40,842 bases of DNA from Rubrivivax sp. (GTDB taxonomy: Bacteria > Pseudomonadota > Gammaproteobacteria > Burkholderiales > Burkholderiaceae_C), in contig JBDTUO010000001.1 in the NCBI GenBank assembly GCA_040007675.1, positions 1 to 40,842 on the forward strand. Direction: 5' to 3'. How positions within the stretch are numbered: position 1 is the first letter of the stretch; the number at the start of each line of letters is the position of its first letter. The position numbers and the translations under genes are program-made. The notes beneath the pieces are model-generated. The model made no database searches. It was not told the origin of the DNA and was given only the letters and a program-made list of their open reading frames with translations. Of the stretch, positions 18,876 to 28,618 are shown piece after piece.

Positions 18876-19886
18876 TCAGGGCTTGCTGTCGACCACGACG
18901 CCCTGGCGCGAGAACAGGACTTCGCTCCCGTCGGCGGCGCCGATGACCGCGGTCAGCGACAGGCGGTCGGCACGTGGTGAGGTCACGAAGTTCTTGCCGC
19001 CGTCACTGCTGCGCAACAGCAGGCCGTCGGCGCCCACCGCGATCAGATCCCGATCAACCTGGGCCATCGCGCTGATCGACGAGGTGCTTCCGGTGGCCAC
19101 GGCGCTCCAGCTGCGGCCGTCGTCGACGCTGCGAAACAGAGAGCCGCGCATCCCGGCTGCGAACAGGCTGCCGTCGGCGGTGGCGAGACCGGTCCACAAG
19201 GAGCCCTTGTAGCCGGTGGACAGGTAGACCCAGTTCTGGCCGAAATCGTCCGAGCGCAGCAGCTTGCCGCGTTCGGCGGCGGCATACAGGCGCCCCTTGC
19301 TGTCGGTGAACAGACCGTAGAGGTTCAGGTCGGCCTTGCGCGCGCCGTCCGGCGGCGGTGGCGAGACGGTCTGCCATTGGCGCCCGCCGTCCTCGGTGCG
19401 CAGCACCAGCGACCACAGGCCGACCGCCACCCCGCGCTGCGCGTCGAAGAAGTGCACCGCGAACAGCGGCCGGTCGGTCTCCACGTCGCTGCGCTGCACG
19501 GTCCAGGTCTCGCCGCCGTCTTCGCTGTGCAGGATCACGCCCCAATGGCCCACGGCCCAGCCTTGCCGGGCATCGACGAAGCTGACACCGGTGAGCGCAG
19601 CATCGACCGGCACCGTGCGCGCTTGACGAAAGGTCCTGCCGTTGTCGTCGGACAGCAGGACCACGCCGTGGTCGCCCACCGCGACGATGCGTGCGCCGGC
19701 ACGCGCAGACGCCAGCAGCATCGCGTGGCTGGCGTGGACGGTGCGCTGCGCGCCGACGAGGGTCAACGGCGCCGCGGCCGTGGCCTGGGCGAATGTCGGC
19801 TGCCCGCACAGCAGCGGCACCGCCAGCAGCGACCAAAGCCAGCGCGACGACCCGCAGCTCCTGGGTGAGGTGTGCCCCATCGTCAT
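18876..19886 (-). CDS. Secreted BNR/Asp-box beta-propeller protein (Ycf48-like)
   Basis: Signal peptide; repeated S/T-x-D-x-G-x-x-W/F Asp boxes (SDDNGRTF, SEDGGETW, TEDGGRQW, SDDFGQNW, SVDDGRSW). Confidence 0.85.
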   Translation of the reverse strand: MTMGHTSPRSCGSSRWLWSLLAVPLLCGQPTFAQATAAAPLTLVGAQRTVHASHAMLLASARAGARIVAVGDHGVVLLSDDNGRTFRQARTVPVDAALTGVSFVDARQGWAVGHWGVILHSEDGGETWTVQRSDVETDRPLFAVHFFDAQRGVAVGLWSLVLRTEDGGRQWQTVSPPPPDGARKADLNLYGLFTDSKGRLYAAAERGKLLRSDDFGQNWVYLSTGYKGSLWTGLATADGSLFAAGMRGSLFRSVDDGRSWSAVATGSTSSISAMAQVDRDLIAVGADGLLLRSSDGGKNFVTSPRADRLSLTAVIGAADGSEVLFSRQGVVVDSKP

Positions 19887-19889
19887 ACC

Positions 19890-22295
19890 TCAGTGCTGCA
19901 GCAGGCCAGGCGCACGCGCCGGTCGTCGGCGCGGGAACAGCCGCTCGAGCCAGACCGCAAACGCCGGCAGCACCGTCATCGCCATCACCATGTTGACCAT
20001 GAACATGAAGGCGAGCAGCTTGCCCATGTCGGCCTGGAACTTCAGCGCCGAGAAGGACCAGGTCGCGACGCCGATCGCGAGCGTGATGGCGGTGAAGATC
20101 GTCGCCGTGCCGACCTCGAGGATCGAGTGTTCGAGCGCCTTGACGATGTGCTGGCCATTGGCCAGGTGCAGCTGCAGGCGGTTGTAGATGTAGAAGGCGT
20201 AGTCGACGCCGATGCCCACCGACAGCACCATCACCGGCAGCGTCGCGACGGTCAGGCCGATCTGCAGCTCCTTCATGAACCAGTAGCCGACGAAGGTGCC
20301 GATGGTCAACGGCAGACAGCAGGCCAGCACCGCGCGCAGATCGCGGTAGACCAGCAGCACCAGCGCGGCAATCGCGGCGTAGACGTAGAGCAGCATCGGC
20401 AGCTCGCTGTGTTCGACCTCTTCGTCGATCGCCGCCAGCACGCCGGCATTGCCGGCCGCCAGGCGGATCTGAACGCCGGGGATCGGATGGGCTTCGCGAT
20501 AGGCCTTGACGGCGTCGATGACACCCTGGATCGTGGTCGCCTTGTGGTCGGTCAGGTACAGGTGCACGGCAGTCATGCTGCAGTCCTTGCGCATCGTGCC
20601 GGGCACGCGGCTGGTCTCGGTGGCCAGGCCGGCGTAGTTGGCGGGGTCGATCGGCACCACCGCCATCTTCGGGTTGCCTTCGTTGTAGCCCTCGTTGTAC
20701 TGGCGCAGCTGGCCGCTGAACGATGCGATCGACATCACGCCGGCCACCGGCTGCATGGCCCAGACGAAGCGGTCCTGCGCGATGCCGAGGGCGACGTTCT
20801 CGCAACTTTCGGGCGCAGTCTCGAAGACCACGCTCAACCAGTCCAGGCCGGTGTCGTAGTGGCTCGAGATCGACACCGCATCAAGATTGAAGCGGGCGTC
20901 GGCGCGCAGTTCCGGCGCACCGGGCTGCAGGGTGCCGATCACGCGGTCTCGGCTCTGCCACACGGCGGTGGCGAAGATCGCCGCGGTGATGCCGAGCACG
21001 AGCAGCGCCCTGCGCGGTTCGGCCAGGCGCGCCAGCGCACGCAACCAGCGGGCGCGCTGGTCGCGCATGAGCACGGCACGTTCGGCATAAGCCGCGCCGA
21101 AGCTGAAGTACGACGCCGCCAGCGGCAGCATCACGAGGTTGGTGACGATCTTGTAGGCCACCCCCAGCGAGGCCGTGATCGCCAGCTCACGCACCATCGG
21201 AATCGGGATCAGCAGCAGCGTGATGAAGGAGACGAAGGCCGTCACGAGGGCCAGGGCACCGGGGATCAGCAGGCCGCTGAAGCTGTCGCGGCAGGCGTCG
21301 AAGGTCGAGCGGCCCTGCGAGATCCGGCGCACGATGAAGTTGATCTGCTGCACGCCGTGCGAGACGCCGATCGCGAACACCAGGAAGGGCACCAGAACGG
21401 CCAGCGGGTCGAGGCCGAAGCCCATCACCCTGAGCGTGCCGAACTGCCAGATCAGGGAGGTCAGCGAGCAGCCGATCGTCAGCAGCGTGAAACGCAGCGA
21501 GTGGCAGTACCAGTACACCGCCGCGGCGGTCAACAGCAGCGCGAGGAGGCAGAACTCGAGCACCGCCGAAGCACCGTCGGCGATGTCGCCGATCTGCTTG
21601 GCAAAACCGATGATCTGGATCTCGTAGCTCGCATCCTCGAAGCGTTCGCGCAGCTGCTGCTCGAGCACGTGGTTGTACTCGACATAGTCGATGCGCACGC
21701 CGCCCGCATCGAACTCATTGAGCTCGGCCGTGATCATCGCGCTGCCCTGGTCGCGGGCCACCAGGGTGCCGACATAACCACCGAGCTTGGTCGTGCGGGC
21801 GATGCCCTCGATCGCCCGCGCATCAAGCTTGTCGGGCGTGATCGTGCCCGGGATGATCGGATCGGCGCGAAACCCCTCCTCGGTTATCTCGTTGACAAAC
21901 GCGTTGGGCGTCCACAGCGACTGCACGCTGCCGCGCGAGACATAGGGCAGGAACATCACCGCCTGCGTCACTTCGTACAGCCGCGTCAGGCCGGCCTGGC
22001 TCCAGATCGTGCCCTGGCGCGCGCGCACGACGACGGTCAGACGGTTGGCTCCGAGCAGGTCGTCGCGGTACTGCTTGAAGGTGCCGATGTACTCGTGGCC
22101 GATCGGCATCTGCTTTTCGAAGCCGGCCTCCATGCGCAACTGCAGTGCGAACCAGCCCATCACGGCGGTCAGCGCCGCGAGCATTACCAGGATCTGGGCG
22201 CGGTGGCCGAAGAGCAGATCCTCCAGGCGCTGCAGACCACGCAGCAGCGCGGAAGCGCTGGCCGGCACCGGCGCTGAATCACGCGCTTCGTTCAT
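19890..22295 (-). CDS. RND/MMPL-family inner-membrane transporter
   Basis: Two membrane halves with AIGVSHGVQ and GIGVDYAFY motifs and large periplasmic loops; start uncertain (ATG 22295 or 22370). Confidence 0.85.
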   Translation of the reverse strand: MNEARDSAPVPASASALLRGLQRLEDLLFGHRAQILVMLAALTAVMGWFALQLRMEAGFEKQMPIGHEYIGTFKQYRDDLLGANRLTVVVRARQGTIWSQAGLTRLYEVTQAVMFLPYVSRGSVQSLWTPNAFVNEITEEGFRADPIIPGTITPDKLDARAIEGIARTTKLGGYVGTLVARDQGSAMITAELNEFDAGGVRIDYVEYNHVLEQQLRERFEDASYEIQIIGFAKQIGDIADGASAVLEFCLLALLLTAAAVYWYCHSLRFTLLTIGCSLTSLIWQFGTLRVMGFGLDPLAVLVPFLVFAIGVSHGVQQINFIVRRISQGRSTFDACRDSFSGLLIPGALALVTAFVSFITLLLIPIPMVRELAITASLGVAYKIVTNLVMLPLAASYFSFGAAYAERAVLMRDQRARWLRALARLAEPRRALLVLGITAAIFATAVWQSRDRVIGTLQPGAPELRADARFNLDAVSISSHYDTGLDWLSVVFETAPESCENVALGIAQDRFVWAMQPVAGVMSIASFSGQLRQYNEGYNEGNPKMAVVPIDPANYAGLATETSRVPGTMRKDCSMTAVHLYLTDHKATTIQGVIDAVKAYREAHPIPGVQIRLAAGNAGVLAAIDEEVEHSELPMLLYVYAAIAALVLLVYRDLRAVLACCLPLTIGTFVGYWFMKELQIGLTVATLPVMVLSVGIGVDYAFYIYNRLQLHLANGQHIVKALEHSILEVGTATIFTAITLAIGVATWSFSALKFQADMGKLLAFMFMVNMVMAMTVLPAFAVWLERLFPRRRPARAPGLLQH

Positions 22296-22392
22296 CGATG
22301 TCGGCCGCGGCGCGGCGGCGTCAGGTTGCGGCTGCGCGGGTGGGGGCGGCATGCGCTGGCCGGACCGCATGCAGGCCCCACGGGCGCGGGCG

Positions 22393-24045
22393 TCAGAAGT
22401 TGCGCGACAGCACGGCGCCGAAGAAGGCACGGTCGCCGAGGGGCTGGTCGAGTGCCGAGCCGCCACCCCAGAACTTGGCGTAGTTGAGCGCGAACTGCCA
22501 AGTCGCCGGGTTGCGGATGAAGCTGACGGTCAGGTTGACTGACTTGGCGCCCTTCATGAACAGCCCCGACAGGTTGGGCGTGTAGCCCGAGAGGGCCTGG
22601 AAGTAGTAGATCTCGGGAATGACCTGCCAGCCCGGGATGACCGTGCCGTCGTAGACCCAGCTGACATCGAAGTTGATCCCCGCCGAGGTCTTGCTGCCCT
22701 TGGCCACCGGTGCGGCGGTCGGATCGGTCGCCTGGCCCCAGCCCCAGCCACCGGCGGTGATCAGATCGCCGCCGTAGTTCTTCTTGAGGTCCGGATAGCT
22801 GATCACCACGAGTTCGGACAGCACCGTCGCGGTGTCGGCGCCGAGCATCTTCAGGATGCCGCCGCCCGTGCTCGGGGTCAGGCTGAGCAGGCCGGTAAGG
22901 GCCCATTGCAGCCGCTTTTCGTCGACCCAGCAGTCACCGTTCTGCGAGCTGCAGCCGGTGGTCGCGGCATTCAGCGCGACGGCATCCTTCGGCCGGTACG
23001 ACAGCTCGGTGCCGATCGCCCAGTCGCCGAGCGGGAAATTGGCGCTGACGCCGAGCATCGTCCGATCCTCGGCGTAGGTCCAGCCGACCGCCCCGGTATT
23101 GTTGATATTGACGCTGAAGTTCGGCGTCTTGTCGTGGAAACTCATTGCGTACAGGCCGAGGTTGAGCTGGGTGCCCTGGGGCTGGTAGCGCAGGGCGACA
23201 CCCCACTGGCCGCCGTTGCGCGGCTCGACTTCGACGAGCCCGTAGGCGGCATGACCCTTGCCCAGCCCGTTGACCACCGACCAGTAGCTGCCGGTCGGCG
23301 GGAAGTAGCTGGCGTTCCAGTTCGTCTGCACATAGGCCTCGACGTTCAGGCCATGCCCGAGACCGCTTGCGATGCTGATCATCGGCGCCGGCAGGAACAC
23401 CTCCTTCAACTGCGTGCCCGGTTGCGACAGACGCATGATGTCCATCGCATTGGTGCTGTTGATACCGCCCGGCAGGAACAGGCTCTCGCCCCAGCTGATG
23501 ACCTGGTTGCCCACCCGCACGCGGGCCTGCTGGCCGCCGAGCGCGAAGCTCTTGCTGACCCAGAAGTCGAGCAGCCTGCCCTTGAAGCGCAGGGCTTCGC
23601 GCGCGTCGTCGGACAGGCCGTCGGCGGCCGGCGGCGGCGGCGCTGCGCTGGCGAACCCGGTGGTGCTCGTGGCGGCGAAATCGCGCACCCAGTTGACGCG
23701 GCCGAAGAAGGTGAAGTCGCTCGGCATCTTCAGCAGCAGCTCGTGGCTGCCCTTCAGATAACCCGTGAACAAATCGCCGCGGCCGTAGTTCAGGTTGCCC
23801 TGGTCGCCGAGCAGCGAGGTCGGCGCAAGGCAGCCGGCAACCGCGCCGCCCTTGTCGTCGACGGCGCCGTCGGTGATCAAGCTGCAGCTAGGCGAGTCGG
23901 CGCGCACCCCCAAACCCAGCGAGAGCGTCGAGTCGAAGTTGCCGCGCACGCTCTCGGTCTGGAACGTGAAGGCCTGCGCGCTGCCGAAGCAGGCCATGAG
24001 GGCGGCCGCCGCGGCCGGCTTGAGCAGGGCTCGTGCTGGGTTCAT
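22393..24045 (-). CDS. DUF1302-family outer-membrane protein (probable beta-barrel channel)
   Basis: GGAGA RBS, signal peptide AQA, DQGNLNY, RVGNQVISWGESLF, C-terminal DRAFFGAVLSRNF ending in Phe. Confidence 0.83.
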   Translation of the reverse strand: MNPARALLKPAAAAALMACFGSAQAFTFQTESVRGNFDSTLSLGLGVRADSPSCSLITDGAVDDKGGAVAGCLAPTSLLGDQGNLNYGRGDLFTGYLKGSHELLLKMPSDFTFFGRVNWVRDFAATSTTGFASAAPPPPAADGLSDDAREALRFKGRLLDFWVSKSFALGGQQARVRVGNQVISWGESLFLPGGINSTNAMDIMRLSQPGTQLKEVFLPAPMISIASGLGHGLNVEAYVQTNWNASYFPPTGSYWSVVNGLGKGHAAYGLVEVEPRNGGQWGVALRYQPQGTQLNLGLYAMSFHDKTPNFSVNINNTGAVGWTYAEDRTMLGVSANFPLGDWAIGTELSYRPKDAVALNAATTGCSSQNGDCWVDEKRLQWALTGLLSLTPSTGGGILKMLGADTATVLSELVVISYPDLKKNYGGDLITAGGWGWGQATDPTAAPVAKGSKTSAGINFDVSWVYDGTVIPGWQVIPEIYYFQALSGYTPNLSGLFMKGAKSVNLTVSFIRNPATWQFALNYAKFWGGGSALDQPLGDRAFFGAVLSRNF

Positions 24046-24085
24046 GGGACTGTCTCCGCTTGGGTTCTTGTGATCGACGGTTGAA

Positions 24086-25477
24086 TCAGCGGTCGCTGAT
24101 CGCACGCAGGTTGTCGGACGTGTAGAAGCTGGGCTTCATGCGCGGGTTGTCACCGGGTTCGGTGAGCCAGCGCACGTCGCTGCCGGTGCCGGCGGCGTGC
24201 ATGTCGAAGACGTAGCGGCCTTCGTTGAGGTTGTATTGCACGAAGGCCGAGACGTCGCAGGTGCCGGTCTCGTAGACCGGGATCAGGAAGCCCTCGCGCA
24301 CCTTGGCCAGCTTGCCCTGGGCGTCGTAGTCCTCGGCCAGCACCATGTTCCAGCTGTCCTCGTCGAGGTAGTAGGTGCGCTTGGGCGTGGTGTGGCGCAT
24401 GCCCGCCTTGACCGACGCCTCGATCACCCACACGCGGTGCAGTTCGTAGCGGCGCTGGCCCGGGTCGATGAAGTCGGGCTTGGCGATGTCCTCGAACTTG
24501 GCCTTGAAGTTGTAGGCGCCGAAGGCGTTGTAGGGCACGTACAGCTCCGTCTTGCCGACGAGCTTCCAGTCGAAGCGGTCGAGCGTGCCGTTGAAGACGA
24601 AGGGCTCGTCGAGCGTGTACTGGTTCTCCATGCCGATCTGCGGCGAGTCGTACGAGTACGTCGGCATGCGGCGCACGCGCCGCTGGCCCGGGAAGTAATA
24701 GAAGGTCTCGCTGCCGTCCTGGTCGAGGAAGTACGTGATCGAGAGCGCCTGACCGGCCAGCGCGGTGGGCGAGCTGTAGGCGAAGTAGGCGTAGTACTCG
24801 ACCTGCGGCAACTTGGACAGCAAGGTCGAACCCTTGGCGCCCCAGGGCATGTAGGCGGTGAATTCCTGGCCGGCACGAATCCACTCGGTGCTGCCCTTGC
24901 GTGGCGAGACCGAGGTCACGACGTTCTTGTAGTCGATGCCGACGCCGCGGTAGCGCATCTTCGCGTTCCACATCGCCTCGATACCGGCGGCGGGCATCGC
25001 AAACGGGATGCCGGGCACCGTCGCTTCCTTCAAGCCCCAGCCGTCGGCGGCCAGCTTCGCGGTGCTGACGCTCGCCTTGGTGTTGGCGGCGACGAAGTCG
25101 GGTGCGCCGCAGCTGCGCCGCGTCGGGTACACCTGCATGCTGTAGCCCTTGATCTGCTTGAGCATCGCGAGCTGGCCGGGCGACAGGCGCTCGGCGTACT
25201 TGTCCCCGTTAGCCGCATCGATGGTCAGTGTCGGCTTGTCGTCCTTGTGCTTGAAGTGCTCACCACGCAGCTTGCCGTACGACCAGCCCGTCTGCTGCAC
25301 CTCGTTGCCCGACCAGGCTGGAATGCTGCCGTCCTTGTTGCCGGCTTTCTCGGCGCCCAGCGGCGTCAGCTCCGCGCCGAGTCTGGAAGCATCGGCAGCG
25401 TGTGTGGCGGGGCTCGCGGCGACCATCGCCAGGATCAAGGTTGAACAGGCCAGGGCCAGGGGCTTGTGGTGGGTCAC
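24086..25477 (-). CDS. DUF1329-family periplasmic protein
   Basis: Signal peptide; LTPLGAEKAGNKDGSIPAW, YFPGQRRVRR, FNGTLDRFDWKLVGK, RYELHRVWV, YLDEDSW; GGAGA RBS. Confidence 0.87.
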   Translation of the reverse strand: MTHHKPLALACSTLILAMVAASPATHAADASRLGAELTPLGAEKAGNKDGSIPAWSGNEVQQTGWSYGKLRGEHFKHKDDKPTLTIDAANGDKYAERLSPGQLAMLKQIKGYSMQVYPTRRSCGAPDFVAANTKASVSTAKLAADGWGLKEATVPGIPFAMPAAGIEAMWNAKMRYRGVGIDYKNVVTSVSPRKGSTEWIRAGQEFTAYMPWGAKGSTLLSKLPQVEYYAYFAYSSPTALAGQALSITYFLDQDGSETFYYFPGQRRVRRMPTYSYDSPQIGMENQYTLDEPFVFNGTLDRFDWKLVGKTELYVPYNAFGAYNFKAKFEDIAKPDFIDPGQRRYELHRVWVIEASVKAGMRHTTPKRTYYLDEDSWNMVLAEDYDAQGKLAKVREGFLIPVYETGTCDVSAFVQYNLNEGRYVFDMHAAGTGSDVRWLTEPGDNPRMKPSFYTSDNLRAISDR

Positions 25478-25553
25478 GTCGTCTCCTTCAAAGGGCGATG
25501 CCGATCGGCCGGATCTGTCGATGGCGTTGCCGGCGGCGCGGCCGGTCTGTCAC

Positions 25554-25595
25554 ATCCTAGGTGGCCGGGCGCAGAGCAGTTATCCCGATCCGGCA
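25554..25595 (-). promoter_or_regulatory. Putative AraC/XylS-activated promoter of the leftward operon
   Basis: Minus strand reads TGCCGGATCGGGATA (25595-25581), 21 nt, then TAGGAT (25559-25554), the same geometry as the XylS proximal site and -10 of the TOL Pm promoter. Confidence 0.55.
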
Positions 25596-25649
25596 GCATC
25601 GAAAGGCAATTCGAGGAGGCTGTCGGGCTGGCCCGCATGCGCTGCGGAT

Positions 25650-25691
25650 TGCCGGATCCGGATAGCCGGCTGCCGTGCTGCGACCTATGAT
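25650..25691 (+). promoter_or_regulatory. Putative AraC/XylS-activated promoter of the amine dehydrogenase operon
   Basis: TGCCGGATCCGGATA (25650-25664), 21 nt, then TATGAT (25686-25691). Confidence 0.55.
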
Positions 25692-25735
25692 GATTGCGCC
25701 AGCGGCCCCGGGGGGCCGCGCATGGGAGCCATCGC

Positions 25736-26914
25736 ATGGGTGCTCGCTTGTTCCACGGCGCGGCACATCAGGTCGCGCGCAGTCTGCTGGTCATCGGGGC
25801 CGTTGCGCTGACCTCGACAGCCCACGCCGTGTTGCCGCTCGACCAGTTGACGATGACCAAGCTGGCGCCGGTCGACTCGTACCGGCTGTACATCGGCGAC
25901 CCGGCGATGGGCCATCTTGTCGATGGCCGCACTCATGTGCTCGACGGTTCCCAGATGCGCTATCTCGGCCTGCTCGGCACCGGCTTTGCCGCGGCGACGG
26001 CGCTGTCGCCGGACCGGCACACGATCTACGTCGCCACCACCTACTACAGCCGGCTGCAGCGCGGCGTGCGCACCGACGTCGTCGAGGTCTACAGCGCCGA
26101 CGACCTGAGCTTCCAGTACGAAATCGAGATCCCCGCCAAGCGGGTGACCAGCTTGCCGATGCGCGCGCTGTCGGCCACCACGGCCGACGGCCGCTTCCTG
26201 CTGGTGCAGAACGCGACACCGGCGACCTCGGTCAGCGTCGTCGACCTGCAGACCCGGCGGGCCGTGGCCGAGGTGCCGGCGCCGGGCTGCTACGCCGTGA
26301 TCCCGTGGCCGAGCCAGCCGCGGCGCTTCTCATCGGTGTGCGGCGACGGCACCTTCGCGACCTTCGACCTCGACGACAAGGGCGCGCTCGCATCGAGCAG
26401 CGTCAGCAAGCCGTTCTTCGACCCCGACACGGATCCTGTCTTCATGCACTACGAGCTCGTCGGCGACGCACTGAGCTTCGTCTCCTACCACGGCAATGTC
26501 TACAGCCTCGAGCTGACGGGCGCGGCGCCGACGGCGAACCCGCCCTGGTCCATGCTCGATGGGGCTGCTCGCAAGCAGGGCTGGCGGCCGGGCGGTTATC
26601 AGCTGTTTGCCATCGAGCCGCGCAGTGGTCGACTCTATGTCGGCATGCACGACAAGGGCGCCGAGGGCACACACAAGAACCCAGCCAAGGAGATCTGGGT
26701 CGTCGACCTGAAGCGCCGCACCCGCATCGCGCGCCTGCCCGGCCAGATGGCGGTGTCGATGAACATCGCGCGCACCGCCAAGCCACGGCTGTTCGTGCTC
26801 AGCGGTGCGGACAACACCATCGTCTCCTTCGATCTGAGCGGACCGAAACCGCCGACCAAGCCGCTGGCGCGCTCCGAGCCGGTCGGCGATACGCCGGCCT
26901 TCGTGGGGATGTGA
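25736..26914 (+). CDS. mauB: TTQ amine dehydrogenase large subunit (AauB/MauB-like)
   Basis: GGGAG RBS, signal peptide; TTYYSRLQRGVRTDVVEVY, VQNATPATSVSVVD, WRPGGYQ, GTHKNPAKEIWV. Confidence 0.9.
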   Translation: MGARLFHGAAHQVARSLLVIGAVALTSTAHAVLPLDQLTMTKLAPVDSYRLYIGDPAMGHLVDGRTHVLDGSQMRYLGLLGTGFAAATALSPDRHTIYVATTYYSRLQRGVRTDVVEVYSADDLSFQYEIEIPAKRVTSLPMRALSATTADGRFLLVQNATPATSVSVVDLQTRRAVAEVPAPGCYAVIPWPSQPRRFSSVCGDGTFATFDLDDKGALASSSVSKPFFDPDTDPVFMHYELVGDALSFVSYHGNVYSLELTGAAPTANPPWSMLDGAARKQGWRPGGYQLFAIEPRSGRLYVGMHDKGAEGTHKNPAKEIWVVDLKRRTRIARLPGQMAVSMNIARTAKPRLFVLSGADNTIVSFDLSGPKPPTKPLARSEPVGDTPAFVGM

Positions 26915-27465
26915 TGAGCCTGCTGCCCGTCATCGATCCGGTCCTTGCCCACGCCGCGGCCGCGGGGCTCGGCGCCGTCCTGCTGCTCGGCGCGCTCGAG
27001 AAGCTGCGCGAACCCGAGGTGTTCCGCGACGCCGTCGACAACTATCGCCTGTTGCCTGCGCCATTGGTGCCCGTGCTCGCGCGCAGCCTGCCGTTGTTCG
27101 AGGGCCTGGCCGGCGCCTTGCTGCTGCCCGGCGCCACGCGTCCGCTCGGTGGGCTGCTGGCGCTGGCGCTGCTGCTGCTGGTCACCGCGGCGATCGGCAT
27201 CAACCTGCTGCGCGGCCGTGACCGCATCGATTGCGGCTGCGGCGGGGGTCTTCATACACCGCTGGGGGTCGGCCTGGTCGTGCGCAACGGCGTGCTGATG
27301 CTGCTCGCCCTGACCTCGTTCGCACCGCTGTCGGGGCGGCCGGTGGTCTGGCTCGATTTCGCCGCTGCGGGCTTCGCCACGCTGTTCGGCCTCGGCCTGT
27401 ACTACCTGGTGAATGCCATGTTGAGCCACCACGCGCACCTGCTCGAACTGAGGAACTCGCCATGA
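26914..27465 (+). CDS. mauE: Amine dehydrogenase maturation membrane protein MauE/AauE
   Basis: TGATG overlap; hydrophobic; NYRLLP, IDCGCGG, VVRN. Confidence 0.9.
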   Translation: MSLLPVIDPVLAHAAAAGLGAVLLLGALEKLREPEVFRDAVDNYRLLPAPLVPVLARSLPLFEGLAGALLLPGATRPLGGLLALALLLLVTAAIGINLLRGRDRIDCGCGGGLHTPLGVGLVVRNGVLMLLALTSFAPLSGRPVVWLDFAAAGFATLFGLGLYYLVNAMLSHHAHLLELRNSP

Positions 27466-28070
27466 ACGAAGCCCTGATCATTTCCAACGTGCTGCTGTGG
27501 GTGGCGGTGCTGGCTTTGCTGGTGGTGGTGATCGCCCTGTCGCGCCAGATCGGCATCCTCTACGAGCGCATTGCGCCGATGGGCGCGCTGATGATGGACA
27601 GCGGCCCCAAGGTCGGCGACGCGGCGCCGGTCTTTGTGCTCCCCACGCTCGACGGCAGCGAACTGCAGATCGGTGCGCCGTCAGCGCACAGCACGCTGCT
27701 GTTCTTCCTCTCGCCGACGTGCCCGGTGTGCAAGAAGCTGCTGCCGATCCTGAAGTCGGTGAAGAAGGCTGAGGGCGAGCGGCTTCAGCTCGTGCTCGCC
27801 TCTGACGGCGACGCCTCGGAGCACCGGGAATTCCGCCGCCGCGCCGAGCTCGGCGCTTTCCCGTACGTGCTGTCGACCGAACTGGGCATGCGGTTCCATG
27901 TCGGCAAGCTGCCCCATGCGGTGCTGATCGACGAGGCCGGGCGCGTGCGCGCCAAGGGCCTGGTCAATTCGCGTGAACAACTCGACAGCCTGTTCGCGGC
28001 GCGCGAACTCGGCGTCGCCTCTGTGCAGGACTACCTCGATTCCTCGCGTCTGGCCAAGGATCAGGCATGA
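27462..28070 (+). CDS. mauD: Thioredoxin-like maturation protein MauD/AauD
   Basis: RQIGILYERIAPMGAL, SPTCPVCKKL, KGLVNSREQLDSL. Confidence 0.92.
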   Translation: MNEALIISNVLLWVAVLALLVVVIALSRQIGILYERIAPMGALMMDSGPKVGDAAPVFVLPTLDGSELQIGAPSAHSTLLFFLSPTCPVCKKLLPILKSVKKAEGERLQLVLASDGDASEHREFRRRAELGAFPYVLSTELGMRFHVGKLPHAVLIDEAGRVRAKGLVNSREQLDSLFAARELGVASVQDYLDSSRLAKDQA

Positions 28071-28618
28071 AGCAGCTGTTCGACTTCCTCGACCGACTGA
28101 CCGAGCGTCGCGTGCGCGCGCTCGCCAGCAGCACCTCGCGCCGCAGTGCACTGGTCAAGGTCGGCAAGGTGATGGTGGCCTCGGCCTTCACGCTGCCGGT
28201 CCTGCCCTTCGACCGCAGCTCGCGGGCCCACGCGGCAGGTGCCCACGGCGGAGGCAAGAGCGGCAAGGCCGCACCCAAGGCCACCGATTGCGACTACTGG
28301 CGCTATTGCGCGGTCGATGGCTTCCTGTGCTCGTGCTGCGGCGGCAGCGAGACATCCTGCCCGCCCGGAACCAGCATTTCCAAGGTGTCCTGGATCGGCA
28401 CCTGTCACAACCCGGCCGATGGCAAGGACTACCTGGTGAGCTACAACGACTGTTGCGGCAAGACCAGTTGCGGCCGCTGCTTCTGCAACACCAACGACGG
28501 TGACCGTCCGGGTTATCGCTTCGGCGTGCACAACGACGTCAACTGGTGCATGGCCAACGACAGCGCGGTGTATCACTGCACGGTCTCGGTAATCATCGGT
28601 TACCCGGAAAAGTCATGA
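28067..28618 (+). CDS. mauA: TTQ amine dehydrogenase small subunit (AauA/MauA-like)
   Basis: Tat motif SRRSAL; Cys-rich CDYWRYCAVDGFLCSCCGG, SWIGTC and DVNWC (the two TTQ tryptophans), SYNDCC (catalytic Asp); closely resembles the Alcaligenes AADH small subunit as I recall it. Confidence 0.93.
   Translation: MKQLFDFLDRLTERRVRALASSTSRRSALVKVGKVMVASAFTLPVLPFDRSSRAHAAGAHGGGKSGKAAPKATDCDYWRYCAVDGFLCSCCGGSETSCPPGTSISKVSWIGTCHNPADGKDYLVSYNDCCGKTSCGRCFCNTNDGDRPGYRFGVHNDVNWCMANDSAVYHCTVSVIIGYPEKS

Noticed and set aside
19872-22277. 801-aa plus-strand ORF and similar long antisense ORFs (15436-17445, 38493-40700)
   Set aside because: They mirror well-supported genes on the opposite strand; stop codons are rare in these frames because of GC-rich codon bias.
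25675-26913. Apparent long N-terminal extension of MauE; similar extensions on the CoA ligase, dctM, FMN reductase and gmk ORFs
   Set aside because: The extensions overlap neighbouring real genes in another frame and are Arg/Pro-rich; better starts with an RBS or stop-start overlap exist downstream.
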